From: a virus
Strand: one strand, 5' to 3'
Virus record (IMG/VR): IMGVR_UViG_3300017917_003822
Location: 206,630 to 270,629 of that record
Length of the DNA stretch: 64,000 nucleotides
Part shown: piece after piece, positions 35,797 to 45,533 of the stretch
Position numbering within the stretch: the stretch's first letter is position 1
Layout: every line of letters begins with the position of its first letter
Notes under the pieces: model-generated
What the model was told of the DNA's origin: nothing
The model's database searches: none
Seen by the model: only the letters and a program-made list of their open reading frames with translations
Made by a program: the position numbers and the translations under genes

Positions 35797-37239
35797 ATGA
35801 CAACTATTTTATCTTTGGTATCTTACATAGTACCTGCAATTATCGGAATCTTTATTTTAATTTATATTCTCTCATTAAGGAGAATTGTACCAACCAATGT
35901 GGTTCACATCGTTCAAAGAGGAAACCAAACTGTTTCATACGGAACAAATAAACAATCAAATGTTTATTATGAATGGCCAAGCTGGCTACCTAAATTAGGG
36001 GTAACTGTTCGTGTTCTTCCTGTATCTAACTTCGATATTGATTTGAAACGTTATGAAGCTTATGATAAAGATCGTGTACCATTTGTCGTCGACGTTAAAG
36101 CTTTCTTCCATATTTCGAATACAAACATTGCAGCTGAAAAGGTTGAATCTTTCGAAGAACTTAGAGGCCAATTAGAAAATGTAGTTCAAGGTGCGGTTCG
36201 TTCAATCTTAGCTAAATCTAAATTGGAAGAGATCATGGAGGAACGTTCAGTCTTTGGTAAACAATTTACCGACGCAGTCAACACAGATTTACAAAACTGG
36301 GGTGTTGAAGCAATAAAAAGTATTGAATTAATGGACGTAAGAGACGCTGACGGATCTCACGTAATCCAACAGATCATGGCAAAACGTATGTCAGCAATCG
36401 ACATGGAATCAAGAACTGAAGTTGCTAAAAACCAGAAACTTGCGAAACAGGCAGAGCTTGAAGCCAAAAAAGAGATTGATGTAACTACGGCGGAGACTGA
36501 GAGAATTGCCGGAGAAGCACAAGCACAATCTCAACAAGCAATCGGTATCGCCAAAGCAGAATCGATGAAGAAAACTGGTATTGCCGAACAAGAGTCAATT
36601 TCAGAAATTGCCAGAGCCGAAAGAGCCACTGCAGAACAGCAAATGGAGGTTGTTAAGGTCAACCAGGTAAAACAAGCAGAGATCGACAGAGAGCGTGAAA
36701 TTATTACTGCCGAACAGGAAAAACAAAAAATGGAAATCCAGGCACAGGCTGATAAATTTAGAATTGAAACCGAAGCTGCTGCTCAATTAGAAGCAAAAAG
36801 AAAAGAGGCTGAGGCTGTTAAAACCGTCGGATCCGCAGAAGCAGAGGTTATTAAGGCTAAGGGTATTTCAGAGGCTGAATCTAAAAAGGCAATGGAATTG
36901 GCAGGGGTAACTGCACAAACAACACTGGCGAAAGAAATTGGTGAGAACAAGCCTTATCAAGAGTACTTAATTAAAGTTAAGGAAGTTGAAGTTAGTCAAG
37001 TTGTTGGAGTTGCTCAGTATGAGTCTATGGCAAAAGCATTATCAGCAGCTGACTTAAAGCTATTAGTTAACAGTGGAGATGTTCATTCTGGAATTGGTAA
37101 GTTATCTGACTTATTTACATCAAAGGGTGCATCTCAGATTAACGGGTTACTTGAAGGTCTAAAACAAACCGACGAGGGCAAGAATTTATTAGAGATGCTG
37201 AACGGCTTAACTTCGTCTAAGGTTACTAAATCTGAATAA
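35797..37239 (+). CDS. SPFH/band-7 (flotillin-like) domain protein with long coiled-coil
   Basis: N-terminal TM, then an SPFH-like region (VVHIVQRGNQ...VPFVVDVKAFFHISN...). A long E/A/K/Q-rich heptad region follows. Confidence 0.65.
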   Translation: MTTILSLVSYIVPAIIGIFILIYILSLRRIVPTNVVHIVQRGNQTVSYGTNKQSNVYYEWPSWLPKLGVTVRVLPVSNFDIDLKRYEAYDKDRVPFVVDVKAFFHISNTNIAAEKVESFEELRGQLENVVQGAVRSILAKSKLEEIMEERSVFGKQFTDAVNTDLQNWGVEAIKSIELMDVRDADGSHVIQQIMAKRMSAIDMESRTEVAKNQKLAKQAELEAKKEIDVTTAETERIAGEAQAQSQQAIGIAKAESMKKTGIAEQESISEIARAERATAEQQMEVVKVNQVKQAEIDREREIITAEQEKQKMEIQAQADKFRIETEAAAQLEAKRKEAEAVKTVGSAEAEVIKAKGISEAESKKAMELAGVTAQTTLAKEIGENKPYQEYLIKVKEVEVSQVVGVAQYESMAKALSAADLKLLVNSGDVHSGIGKLSDLFTSKGASQINGLLEGLKQTDEGKNLLEMLNGLTSSKVTKSE

Positions 37240-37243
37240 CAGG

Positions 37244-37591
37244 ATGAAGGTTATTATAGCAGGAAGCAGAGAATTCTCAAATTTCCAACTCATGTTTGCC
37301 AAATGCGAGGAGATACTCGGGGACGCTGAACAGGTAGAAATTGTCAGCGGAACAGCAAGAGGAGCGGATAAAATGGGAGAGCACTATGCTAGTCTAAAAG
37401 GGTTCAAAGTTAAACAATTTCCCGCTGACTGGAATAAATTCGGCAAGGCTGCTGGTCACATTAGAAATAAAGAGATGGCAGAATACGCAGATATGCTGAT
37501 AGCTTTCTGGGATGGAATAAGTTCAGGAACCAGTAGCATGATTAATCTCGCTAAGGAGAATGGACTTGAAGTTCACGTCATTAGATATTAA
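37244..37591 (+). CDS. SLOG-family (DUF2493/DprA-like Rossmann) protein
   Basis: VIIAGSREF...VSGTARGADKMGE...IAFWDGISSGTSSMINLA pattern. Confidence 0.4.
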   Translation: MKVIIAGSREFSNFQLMFAKCEEILGDAEQVEIVSGTARGADKMGEHYASLKGFKVKQFPADWNKFGKAAGHIRNKEMAEYADMLIAFWDGISSGTSSMINLAKENGLEVHVIRY

Positions 37592-37612
37592 ATAATCTCG
37601 AAACACACTAAC

Positions 37613-37642
37613 AAAAAACCCAATCATCAGATTGGGTTTTTT
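37613..37642. terminator. bidirectional hairpin terminator between convergent genes
   Basis: AAAAACCCAATC-ATCAG-GATTGGGTTTTTT stem-loop with A-run and T-run flanks. Confidence 0.5.
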
Positions 37643-37654
37643 ATTGTTTTTTTA

Positions 37655-37924
37655 TTATGAGTAGGGTTTATCCATCGTTGGGTAACCTGTTCTGTCCATA
37701 CATTTTTTAAGATACCCCATGGCCTCATTAATATATCCCTCATATGTGTGTGCCTCCTCCATATCATCGTGATAATCTTTAGCTTCCTTTGTCAGATACT
37801 CCTCACAAAGTTTTTCCATCTGCATTTTAGCAGATTCACTCATACAAGAACTTCCCTCCTGCATTCCGTAATTTTCCTGAATTTCGGAAATCCCGTAATT
37901 TTCATAAGATTGTAAATTTTTCAT
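37655..37924 (-). CDS. hypothetical protein
   Basis: 89-aa minus ORF. Confidence 0.35.
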   Translation of the reverse strand: MKNLQSYENYGISEIQENYGMQEGSSCMSESAKMQMEKLCEEYLTKEAKDYHDDMEEAHTYEGYINEAMGYLKKCMDRTGYPTMDKPYS

Positions 37925-37942
37925 AGTATTTTATTTAATTTT

Positions 37943-38191
37943 TTATTGTTCGTCTCCAGTTTTTTTGGAATTTTTAGCTGAAAATATTTTTTCGATTACA
38001 GTTAAACCTAAACCACCACCTGCTATTAAAACAAGGGCATCAAACATAAACTCCGGAGTAACGAAATCCTTAGAATTTATTGTTGCAACCCAGGTTAAGA
38101 TTATCACATTAAATAATGCAAAAAGTGCGGCGAACCTCTTGCTAGAAGTATCACTTTGCCCCGAAAGTAGGTCGTTAAAAAACTTTTTCAT
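37943..38191 (-). CDS. small two-TM membrane protein (holin-like architecture, speculative)
   Basis: 82 aa with two hydrophobic helices and charged C-terminus SAKNSKKTGDEQ. Preferred over the overlapping + ORF 37965-38243. Confidence 0.3.
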   Translation of the reverse strand: MKKFFNDLLSGQSDTSSKRFAALFALFNVIILTWVATINSKDFVTPEFMFDALVLIAGGGLGLTVIEKIFSAKNSKKTGDEQ

Positions 38192-38246
38192 GTCTATTTT
38201 GGTTATTTTAATCTATATATCTGAAAATGACTTAAATATATAGTAC

Positions 38247-38684
38247 ATGAAGAATCTACTTGAATATAATCACTGGAACAATAACAGCATAAAATGGAAC
38301 CAAGGAGGCTGGTTGTTGATTAAAGGTAAACCTAATAAAGAGGGTAAATCTCACATTTTCGCAGCACAGGTTAGAAACGTGAGCCAGCTTGCTAGATATA
38401 AGACTAGTGGCAAGGAAGGTATACCCGTTAATATGGCGAATCTATATCCAGATTTTTATGGGATTGTTACCGATAGTTCGGGTGAAATAAAGGCTATGAA
38501 ACTTATTTCAGATACAGCTTATATAGATAAGTGGATTGGTTTAAAAAATCTTAGTGTTGGTCTAAATAAAAACAAGACTCTAAATTGGAGAGAAACCATT
38601 GCAGAAACATCACTGAGCAAGGTACTAAAATCAAATGAAGGTTTACTAAAAAATTCAGATGAATTTATAATACCTCAGAAATAA
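38247..38684 (+). CDS. hypothetical protein
   Basis: 145-aa ORF. Confidence 0.35.
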   Translation: MKNLLEYNHWNNNSIKWNQGGWLLIKGKPNKEGKSHIFAAQVRNVSQLARYKTSGKEGIPVNMANLYPDFYGIVTDSSGEIKAMKLISDTAYIDKWIGLKNLSVGLNKNKTLNWRETIAETSLSKVLKSNEGLLKNSDEFIIPQK

Positions 38685-38716
38685 ACCGGCAGTTTATATT
38701 TTAAATATAAAATAAA

Positions 38717-39292
38717 CTATTTCTTATTTTTTAATAGATCATTAATAACCCATTGATCTCTCTCATCAATATGGATATCACTTAGATCCGTGTATGGTAT
38801 TTTTTCTAGTTCCAAATAATTTTTAATTATGGAGTCTATTTTGACGATTTCCTCCTTATCGTGGAATCTTATCCCGTCTGAAGTCTCCTCGTCATCCAAA
38901 AATGGAGGAACGTAATATATCTTGTGCCATCTCCCTATTGATTTTAATATCTCTTTCTGAATGTGATTGATGGTTGCAATATCCTTCAGACTGAGATTTG
39001 TACTAAATAGAGATCTGAAATAAAAATAATTAAGAACAGAGCTGGAGTCACAAACTATCCACTCCTTACTTCCCATGTACATGCTCTCCCTTGCAAGCTG
39101 CTTATAGAATATAACAATCTGATCCGTCGGGGTATCAGGTATTCCCCACTCGGCTATGTAATCAGTAGCAGCCTCACCTACAAAGACTGAATTTTTCTTT
39201 CTAATCTTTAAACCATGATGTACCGAAGTTGCCAATGTGCTTTTTCCTGAACTTGGTGCACCTATAACTGAAACTAATTTAGATGTGCTCAT
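38717..39292 (-). CDS. P-loop NTPase/kinase-like protein
   Basis: Walker A VIGAPSSGKSTLA at N-terminus. Confidence 0.45.
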   Translation of the reverse strand: MSTSKLVSVIGAPSSGKSTLATSVHHGLKIRKKNSVFVGEAATDYIAEWGIPDTPTDQIVIFYKQLARESMYMGSKEWIVCDSSSVLNYFYFRSLFSTNLSLKDIATINHIQKEILKSIGRWHKIYYVPPFLDDEETSDGIRFHDKEEIVKIDSIIKNYLELEKIPYTDLSDIHIDERDQWVINDLLKNKK

Positions 39293-39344
39293 TATTTTCT
39301 ATTTTAATTTTATATCAAAGGTGTTTAAAATAATTTCACATTTA

Positions 39345-39376
39345 TTTTTTATTACCGTGAATCTTTTTTACATTTG
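39345..39376 (+). promoter_or_regulatory. promoter-like motif copy 9
   Basis: TTTTTT-ATTACCGTG-N9-TACATTTG. Divergent intergenic region. Confidence 0.4.
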
Positions 39377-39411
39377 TCATCTATAAAAACAAAAAACAAA
39401 ATTATTAAAAA

Positions 39412-39969
39412 ATGGAAACATCAAAAATTATTAAGTACTCAATTATTGCATTAGTTGCATTTTTATTCATTGGGATATTCTCCAGTGTGATCTCAGTTTC
39501 TAACCAGGAGGTTGATTTAAGAAACAGATTCAAACAAAAGATGGATCAGAGAACTGCATTTTACGACAAAATGTGGAAGACTATTTCTCAGAAATCTCAA
39601 GTTGCGATCAAGAATGATAGCTCATTCGCAAAGAATGTTAATGTCATCATGGAGGGAAGAAAGGATGCACCTCAAGTCTTTATGAAGTGGGTCCAAGAAA
39701 GTAATCCGAACGCAAATTATGAATCAGTTGCAGCTTTATATGGAGACCTTAGCAGAGCTATCGAGGGACAAAGAAACGATTTCTTCATGGAGGAAAAAAT
39801 GATCCAGGGAATAGTTTTAGAGCACGATAATATAATGTCAAAATTCCCATCTGGATTTATCCTATCAACATTTATGGGCAGAACAAAACTTGTCTATAAG
39901 CCTATCACATCGGACAGAACCGACGAGGTCATTAAAACCGGCAAGGATAACGACGTGGACGTATTCTAA
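39412..39969 (+). CDS. LemA-like membrane protein
   Basis: N-terminal TM, then VSNQEVDLRNRFKQKMDQRTAFYDKMW. Length ~185 aa, typical of LemA. Confidence 0.35.
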   Translation: METSKIIKYSIIALVAFLFIGIFSSVISVSNQEVDLRNRFKQKMDQRTAFYDKMWKTISQKSQVAIKNDSSFAKNVNVIMEGRKDAPQVFMKWVQESNPNANYESVAALYGDLSRAIEGQRNDFFMEEKMIQGIVLEHDNIMSKFPSGFILSTFMGRTKLVYKPITSDRTDEVIKTGKDNDVDVF

Positions 39970-39986
39970 TATTCAATAAAAAACTA

Positions 39987-40020
39987 AAGCCAGTCTTAGG
40001 ACTGGCTTCTTATAATTTTT
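39987..40020 (+). terminator. rho-independent terminator
   Basis: AAGCCAGTC-TTAG-GACTGGCTT hairpin followed by a T-rich tract. Confidence 0.5.
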
Positions 40021-40033
40021 AAATCGTATCAAT

Positions 40034-41242
40034 ATGTCAATCTGGTTTTGTTTACTTATACCCGTAGTGGGTGCTTTAGTTATGCTAAAGTGGTTCAGAA
40101 AAAATCTTGCCTGGTGGGAGGTTATTGTTCCCGCTGTTGTTTGTTTTTTATTCATACTAATCTTTAAACTGACGGTTGAAAGAATCCAGGTTAATGATAC
40201 TGAATATCACGGAGCAATCATAACGGAGGCAAGATATTATGAGTATTGGGAAACTTATGTTCATAAAACATGCACAAGGACAGTTAGCTGTGGTAAGAAT
40301 TGCACGACCACGGTTAGCTACGATTGTTCATATTGTGACGAGACACCGAAACGTTGGACCGTTGTTAATTCATTGGGTGAGGAATTTAGAGTATCGGAAG
40401 AATATTATAAATATCTGACTAAAAAATGGAAAGCAACACCAAAATTTGTTGAACTTAATAGAGATATTGATTATACTGGTGGTTGTGGACAGGACGGAGA
40501 TATGTACGTCATTAAATGGAATGTTGATCCGATGACTGCTGAATCAACCACAACTGATCACTGGTACGAAAATAGAATACAGGCAGCACACACCGCATTC
40601 GATTTCGTTGATGTTACTGAAGAAGATGTCAAAAAATACTCTCTCTACGATTATCCCGACGTAAATGGATTCCACCAGGAAACTGTTCTTGGAATGGATA
40701 AAGCCAAATGGATCACCAAGATCCAAACTAACCGAATGAAACAATGGGGTAAATTTCTAAATGGTCATCTGGGAGTAAAGAAACATGCCCGCATCTATTT
40801 TCTTTTCTTTGTTGATAAATCAATGTTAGCTGCAAATATGCAGGAGGCTTATTGGGACGGAGGAAATGATAACGAGCTAGTTGTTTGCATTGGACTTAGC
40901 AGTAAATCCAAGGAGATTCAATGGGTTAAACCTTTCTCATGGTCACCAACGGGAAGAATAGTTCCTGATGTTCGTGAGGGTATAATGAAAAATCCAGATT
41001 TTAATGTTGATCAAATAGCAAAAACCGTTTGGAGTACTGTCGATAAAGAATATGTTAGAAGAGACTTCGAGGAATTTTCATATGTAACGGTTGAACCTCC
41101 TACATGGGCTATTTGGGTAACATTCTTTATAACTTTGGCAATAACAATTGGAATTTGTTATTGGGCAGTTGTTAATGATATAGATGGGGGCAACGATCCG
41201 ATATTCGGAAAAACAAATCGCTATGGAGGATATAGATATTAA
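40034..41242 (+). CDS. large cysteine-rich membrane protein
   Basis: 402 aa. N-terminal and C-terminal hydrophobic helices. Many Cys. Confidence 0.45.
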   Translation: MSIWFCLLIPVVGALVMLKWFRKNLAWWEVIVPAVVCFLFILIFKLTVERIQVNDTEYHGAIITEARYYEYWETYVHKTCTRTVSCGKNCTTTVSYDCSYCDETPKRWTVVNSLGEEFRVSEEYYKYLTKKWKATPKFVELNRDIDYTGGCGQDGDMYVIKWNVDPMTAESTTTDHWYENRIQAAHTAFDFVDVTEEDVKKYSLYDYPDVNGFHQETVLGMDKAKWITKIQTNRMKQWGKFLNGHLGVKKHARIYFLFFVDKSMLAANMQEAYWDGGNDNELVVCIGLSSKSKEIQWVKPFSWSPTGRIVPDVREGIMKNPDFNVDQIAKTVWSTVDKEYVRRDFEEFSYVTVEPPTWAIWVTFFITLAITIGICYWAVVNDIDGGNDPIFGKTNRYGGYRY

Positions 41243-41564
41243 AAAAACGGTGTCTTTTAAAAATAGACACGGAAAGGAGATCCTAATTTCAAGAACTGGA
41301 CTAAATGAATTTAGAATGAGAGGGATTGACACCTTCTTTATGAGAACTTCAACAACCGATGATGGAAAACTTATTATGTTTGATCCTTCAGGTGGTCCTT
41401 ATATGACAGCAGAGCACAATGATAGTCCAGGAATAGATATGGGATTTTTTGATATCGAGTGGGAAGGACTTAGAGTTGAATCTATGACCTGGGGTGAAAT
41501 TAGTGGAGAAGTTATTCTAAAGTGCTATTCAGAAAAACCAGTAGATTGGGTTGAAGTTAAATAA
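41223..41564 (+). CDS. hypothetical protein
   Basis: ATG at ~41223 gives MEDIDIKK. The track extension overlaps the upstream gene. Confidence 0.3.
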   Translation: MEDIDIKKTVSFKNRHGKEILISRTGLNEFRMRGIDTFFMRTSTTDDGKLIMFDPSGGPYMTAEHNDSPGIDMGFFDIEWEGLRVESMTWGEISGEVILKCYSEKPVDWVEVK

Positions 41565-42141
41565 AAGCTCTCTTCTTAATCTCCAGATACTTATTTATAT
41601 TCTTTTCGAACTCTTCCTTGGTCTGGTTTATTTTTCCGAGGAAGATTTCTCTTTCCCTTTCTGTTAATCTATTGTAAACCTTGATAAAGGAACCCGGATC
41701 TGATTTATAGACGTCAACAATCACATTTCCAAAGTTGGCATCTTGTCCCGTTGTTGCGTAGTCTATCGCTCTGCCCTTTCTGCTTTTATATCTCTTTCTT
41801 GCCCATTCCAGAACGTAGAAAAATCTAAGATTCCAATCATCAAGAGTTCTTATCTCGGTAAATCTCTTAAGAATATGAACATGGAATGAATTTTGATATC
41901 CCGGGGTCGATTTTCTTATCGGCCCATTTCCATAAATTGTGATGCAATTACCGGGCCTATCCATATCAAGTTCATCATTATAAAGTCTCATATTTCCATT
42001 ATCCCAGATCCTGTCGGTTGTGGAATCATAAAACCCAACAGATTCTAAAACTGAAAAAATAGGCAGGGCCTTTACCTCATCCAGGGTATAGTTATAACCA
42101 TTAGATTCGAAAAGAGCAAAGGACTTTAAATTGATCATCAT
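41557..42141 (-). CDS. hypothetical protein
   Basis: 194-aa minus ORF, divergent from 42215. Confidence 0.4.
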   Translation of the reverse strand: MMINLKSFALFESNGYNYTLDEVKALPIFSVLESVGFYDSTTDRIWDNGNMRLYNDELDMDRPGNCITIYGNGPIRKSTPGYQNSFHVHILKRFTEIRTLDDWNLRFFYVLEWARKRYKSRKGRAIDYATTGQDANFGNVIVDVYKSDPGSFIKVYNRLTEREREIFLGKINQTKEEFEKNINKYLEIKKRAFI

Positions 42142-42170
42142 ACGTGTGGTTTAAATTTATCCCATATATA

Positions 42171-42203
42171 TTTTTTTTATTCCGATGCTTTTTTATACAT
42201 TTG
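42171..42203 (+). promoter_or_regulatory. promoter-like motif copy 10
   Basis: TTTTTTTT-ATTCCGAT-N9-TACATTTG. Divergent intergenic region. Confidence 0.4.
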
Positions 42204-42214
42204 TAAAAAAAATA

Positions 42215-42973
42215 ATGGATATGAACCCTATATTGGAATCAGTAAAAGATTTTTGTCAGGTTAGAAACACCGGAAGAGCGTATGAGAATGGACCAGAACC
42301 AACTCCAAGGGTTAATTTCATAATCAGCCTATTAGAAAAGTTTGAGATACCGTACGAGATCGATGTGTTCGATGATTTTGATACGAATCTATATAATATC
42401 GTCATGAGAGGAACGAGTAAAAGAATGGTGATAGCACATCATGATATAGTCAATCCCAACTCAGAAAATGCCAATGATAACTCAGCATCAGTTATTAATG
42501 CGATCTATTTAAAGTCGCTGGTACCTGAACTTAACGTGGTTATTACCGACGGTGAGGAAGTTGGTTTCCGCGGTGCTAGAAGATTGGCCAAGAGAATAGT
42601 TAGCGGCGATTTTGGTGAGATTGAGTGGGTTCTCAATATAGAACTATCGGGAAGAGGGGGTAAACATTTCATGATAGGTAAACATGACGGCAAACTAACC
42701 GAACATATCGTGGACATGTTCGATCCACCGATTGTGCAGACCCCAGGAAGCGATTGTTATGCGCTTGCTTCATATGGGATAGATACTAATGTAATCAATC
42801 CACTTCCACTTCTGAGCGAAGGTCAGATTTCAGAAATAGCTAGCAACAATGGGTATTTGGATAATTCGTCATGGTGGTTATGTCACAGCGACGAGGACAC
42901 TCTAGACAAGATATCAACGAAAGACATGGAAGAGTTCGTAACTGAGGTTCTTGTTCCGATTGTAACAAAATAA
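42215..42973 (+). CDS. M28/M20-like zinc peptidase domain protein
   Basis: VIAHHDIV...NANDNSASV and DGEEVGFRGARRLA resemble the M28 aminopeptidase metal-binding motifs. Track ATG 42185 lies inside the promoter box; ATG 42215 (MDMNPIL) is preferred. Confidence 0.45.
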   Translation: MDMNPILESVKDFCQVRNTGRAYENGPEPTPRVNFIISLLEKFEIPYEIDVFDDFDTNLYNIVMRGTSKRMVIAHHDIVNPNSENANDNSASVINAIYLKSLVPELNVVITDGEEVGFRGARRLAKRIVSGDFGEIEWVLNIELSGRGGKHFMIGKHDGKLTEHIVDMFDPPIVQTPGSDCYALASYGIDTNVINPLPLLSEGQISEIASNNGYLDNSSWWLCHSDEDTLDKISTKDMEEFVTEVLVPIVTK

Positions 42974-42981
42974 AAATATAA

Positions 42982-43182
42982 ATGATAGGAGCAGTTGTAA
43001 TTAAAGCGGAGTACATCTCGGAGGCCAAAGAGAAATACGGTAATGAAATGGTGGATAAGATCTTCACTCTAATGAAAGGACAACATCCGGATACCATTTT
43101 ATGGGAACTAGAAAATGAGGAAAAAGAATGTTTTTTGTTACTGATGAAAAATAGATATCAAAAAGATGAAACAAAAAACTAA
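42982..43182 (+). CDS. hypothetical protein
   Basis: 66-aa ORF. Confidence 0.3.
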   Translation: MIGAVVIKAEYISEAKEKYGNEMVDKIFTLMKGQHPDTILWELENEEKECFLLLMKNRYQKDETKN

Positions 43183-43316
43183 ATGGCGGATATAGTAAAA
43201 GACAACTCTAGAAGGCTTGGTTTAAACCACTCATAGATGTTTGTTTTGGTTCACCAGGGTCCAATTGGACTCTGGTTTTTTGTTTCCCGTGAATATATAA
43301 AAAAAATCTTGTTGTT

Positions 43317-43502
43317 ATGGGTCTAACTAGTTCAGAAATAGTTGAAGAAATTCTTCATGAATGCCACAAATTGGGTATACACAAATCCGTTATGAGCTTA
43401 GCAAAAACTTACATCATAAAGGGTAAACCCGTTGCAGACTCCTACGAGAAAGCATTCAGCGAAGTTACCAGATCTTCAAAAACAGAAAAAGTCAATCCGT
43501 AG
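43317..43502 (+). CDS. hypothetical protein
   Basis: 61-aa ORF. Confidence 0.3.
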   Translation: MGLTSSEIVEEILHECHKLGIHKSVMSLAKTYIIKGKPVADSYEKAFSEVTRSSKTEKVNP

Positions 43503-43818
43503 GATCAACTTTCTCTTTCTTTGGGCCGAATATCAATAGCATCGGTGATTTACCCGAGAGCCAAAAATACAACCCAAAAAACAAGGCTGAGAGGCAATAG
43601 AAGATTCCGTCCGTAATCCAATATGACCCTGTCCACTTCATGACAAGAGCAAAGAGTGCATCGAACCCCAGGGGGTTGAAGAATGTCGCCAGTATCAGCA
43701 CAGCCGTCTGAAGTTTTTTCTTTTGCATTTCGTTTATTACTATCGGTGTCCATAATGGAAATATTTTGCACTTTTTTGATCCATGGTGGAAAAAAATAGC
43801 GGGATTCGAGTTATCCAA
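43492..43818 (-). CDS. membrane protein
   Basis: 108 aa with hydrophobic helices. Confidence 0.35.
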   Translation of the reverse strand: MDNSNPAIFFHHGSKKCKIFPLWTPIVINEMQKKKLQTAVLILATFFNPLGFDALFALVMKWTGSYWITDGIFYCLSALFFGLYFWLSGKSPMLLIFGPKKEKVDPTD

Positions 43819-43936
43819 TCTATATATTGGAAATTTTTTTTATTTTTCGAGTATAATTATTATGTTTGCAGAAAGATACGTAAAACACACTAGAAGTCAC
43901 TAAAAAAATAGATGAATAAAAACACCATGGTACAAG

Positions 43937-44260
43937 ATGAGTAAAGCCAAATTTAAAAAAATTGTAAAGGAGTATAAGGACGCAAGTTTCGCTGAGATAT
44001 TCGAGGGTATAAGAGATAATTTCACCTTCGGGTTACTTGGTGCCATCTTGGTGGTCTTTATCTCAGCCAGAGTTGATTTAGCTGTTCTCATTGGCTATAT
44101 TGTCTACTACTTCTATATGGGAAGAATTGTTAACAGACCCAAGTACGTGACATCATTAGGCAGACTTATAGTCTTTCCTATCCCATCGGCACTTGGGGCT
44201 TTCACAGGTTACAAGTTAGCTTCCATCTTAGCAGCAGCAATAGAAACATTCCCTAAATAA
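43937..44260 (+). CDS. membrane protein
   Basis: 107 aa with hydrophobic helices. Confidence 0.35.
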   Translation: MSKAKFKKIVKEYKDASFAEIFEGIRDNFTFGLLGAILVVFISARVDLAVLIGYIVYYFYMGRIVNRPKYVTSLGRLIVFPIPSALGAFTGYKLASILAAAIETFPK

Positions 44261-44280
44261 ATCTTAAAAAAATATAAATT

Positions 44281-44592
44281 ATGCCAGAATTTGAAGCATC
44301 AGTCGAAATCGAAACTTATGAATTTATCGAAGCTTGTTCAAGAAGAGAAAAAATCTCACTAGTTAATAATGTCATCGAGGAATGTGTAGTTGACAACGAC
44401 ATGGAGAAGGCACTTAGAAGTTCCCTTCGTGAACATTTTCCAGGAACTGATATTGAAACAGGGGAAGGTCTTAGCTACGATCATGAGTTCTTTATAAGCT
44501 CGCTAAGAGCCCTAGCAAGCTCGTATTATCAACTTTCTAACGAGGTAATAGAAAACATCAATTCGGTAGCAAACCCCTTTAGATATCGCTAA
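44281..44592 (+). CDS. hypothetical protein
   Basis: 103-aa ORF. Confidence 0.35.
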   Translation: MPEFEASVEIETYEFIEACSRREKISLVNNVIEECVVDNDMEKALRSSLREHFPGTDIETGEGLSYDHEFFISSLRALASSYYQLSNEVIENINSVANPFRYR

Positions 44593-44615
44593 AACAAGCT
44601 AAAAACAAAAGTATA

Positions 44616-44876
44616 ATGGGAGAACATAAATGCAAATGTGGGGATCAGGCAAAACTGAGGATCTACACAGATTCAGAAATGGGCAATTTTGTTGATTGTT
44701 GTCAAAAATGTGCAGATAAGTTTAAGAAAGATCTCGAAGACTGGAAAGAAGACGAAATGTACAGACAAGGGAGAAGCTTGAGCCATTATAACAGAAACAT
44801 CAGATTGGTTGAGATAGTGGTTGTTGCGTTTCTGGTGATTTTAGCTACAATCGTCATATCTAAAATAATAACATAA
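44616..44876 (+). CDS. zinc-ribbon protein with C-terminal TM anchor
   Basis: CKCGD...CCQKC. C-terminal VVAFLVILATIVISKII. Confidence 0.35.
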   Translation: MGEHKCKCGDQAKLRIYTDSEMGNFVDCCQKCADKFKKDLEDWKEDEMYRQGRSLSHYNRNIRLVEIVVVAFLVILATIVISKIIT

Positions 44877-44893
44877 TTCTAAAAATAAACAAA

Positions 44894-45136
44894 ATGAAAA
44901 AAAGCAGAGTTATTCAAGCTTTAAAGGCTCAAGCTGTAGCTGATAGAGAAAAAGCATTATTGGCGTTACATCTTATGAGGGATCAAGCAGTCGCTATTGG
45001 TGACCACACGGCAAATGATTTTTTAAAGGATGCAACTGAATCCCTACAGCTTCTAGTAGATGCCGAAGATAAATTGGAAGTAATCGAAAAGTATTTCGGC
45101 GAGGATGAATCAGCATTATCAACAGGAGCCAGATAA
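44894..45136 (+). CDS. hypothetical protein
   Basis: 80-aa ORF. Confidence 0.3.
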   Translation: MKKSRVIQALKAQAVADREKALLALHLMRDQAVAIGDHTANDFLKDATESLQLLVDAEDKLEVIEKYFGEDESALSTGAR

Positions 45137-45172
45137 TATCGAAACAAAATCATAATTTAAAAAAAATATATC

Positions 45173-45442
45173 ATGGCAAAAATTAAATTACTTGAGGACG
45201 TTCAAGTTGTGTGGTGGGTTGAAACAATTCAAGGGAAAGCAGAAGTTGATGGTGAAGTTGTTGAATTTAGATATTCAGAAAATCCCAAAGGAGTAGATTG
45301 TTATATCTGGGATGAAGAGTCCGGTAGATGGACCGATGAATATGATGAAAAATACGACTCCATTTTTAATGTGTGCGGAAGTCTTGAGATTAACAAGGAT
45401 TCGGAGGCTGGTGAGGAATTTGATTCGGAGGATTACGAATAA
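45173..45442 (+). CDS. acidic hypothetical protein
   Basis: 89-aa ORF. Confidence 0.35.
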   Translation: MAKIKLLEDVQVVWWVETIQGKAEVDGEVVEFRYSENPKGVDCYIWDEESGRWTDEYDEKYDSIFNVCGSLEINKDSEAGEEFDSEDYE

Positions 45443-45466
45443 GAGTCTAACAAAAACATATTTTCA

Positions 45467-45497
45467 AGCCCGGAATTTTTTTATTCCGGGCTTTTTA
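45467..45497 (+). terminator. rho-independent terminator
   Basis: AGCCCGGAAT-TTTTTT-ATTCCGGGCT hairpin plus T-run. Its 3' arm doubles as the ATTCCGGG promoter element. Confidence 0.5.
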
Positions 45498-45507
45498 GTT
45501 ATCTTTG
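45476..45507 (+). promoter_or_regulatory. promoter-like motif copy 11
   Basis: TTTTTTT-ATTCCGGG-N9-TATCTTTG. Overlaps terminator 45467-45497. Confidence 0.4.
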
Positions 45508-45533
45508 CTTTTGTAATTTAATTAGAAACGCTG

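Noticed and set aside
37965-38243. + strand ORF overlapping the minus-strand two-TM protein
   Set aside because: The minus-strand ORF continues the convergent minus block ending at the 37613-37642 terminator and has a coherent membrane-protein layout. The + ORF is low-complexity. It has no promoter motif and follows the terminator.
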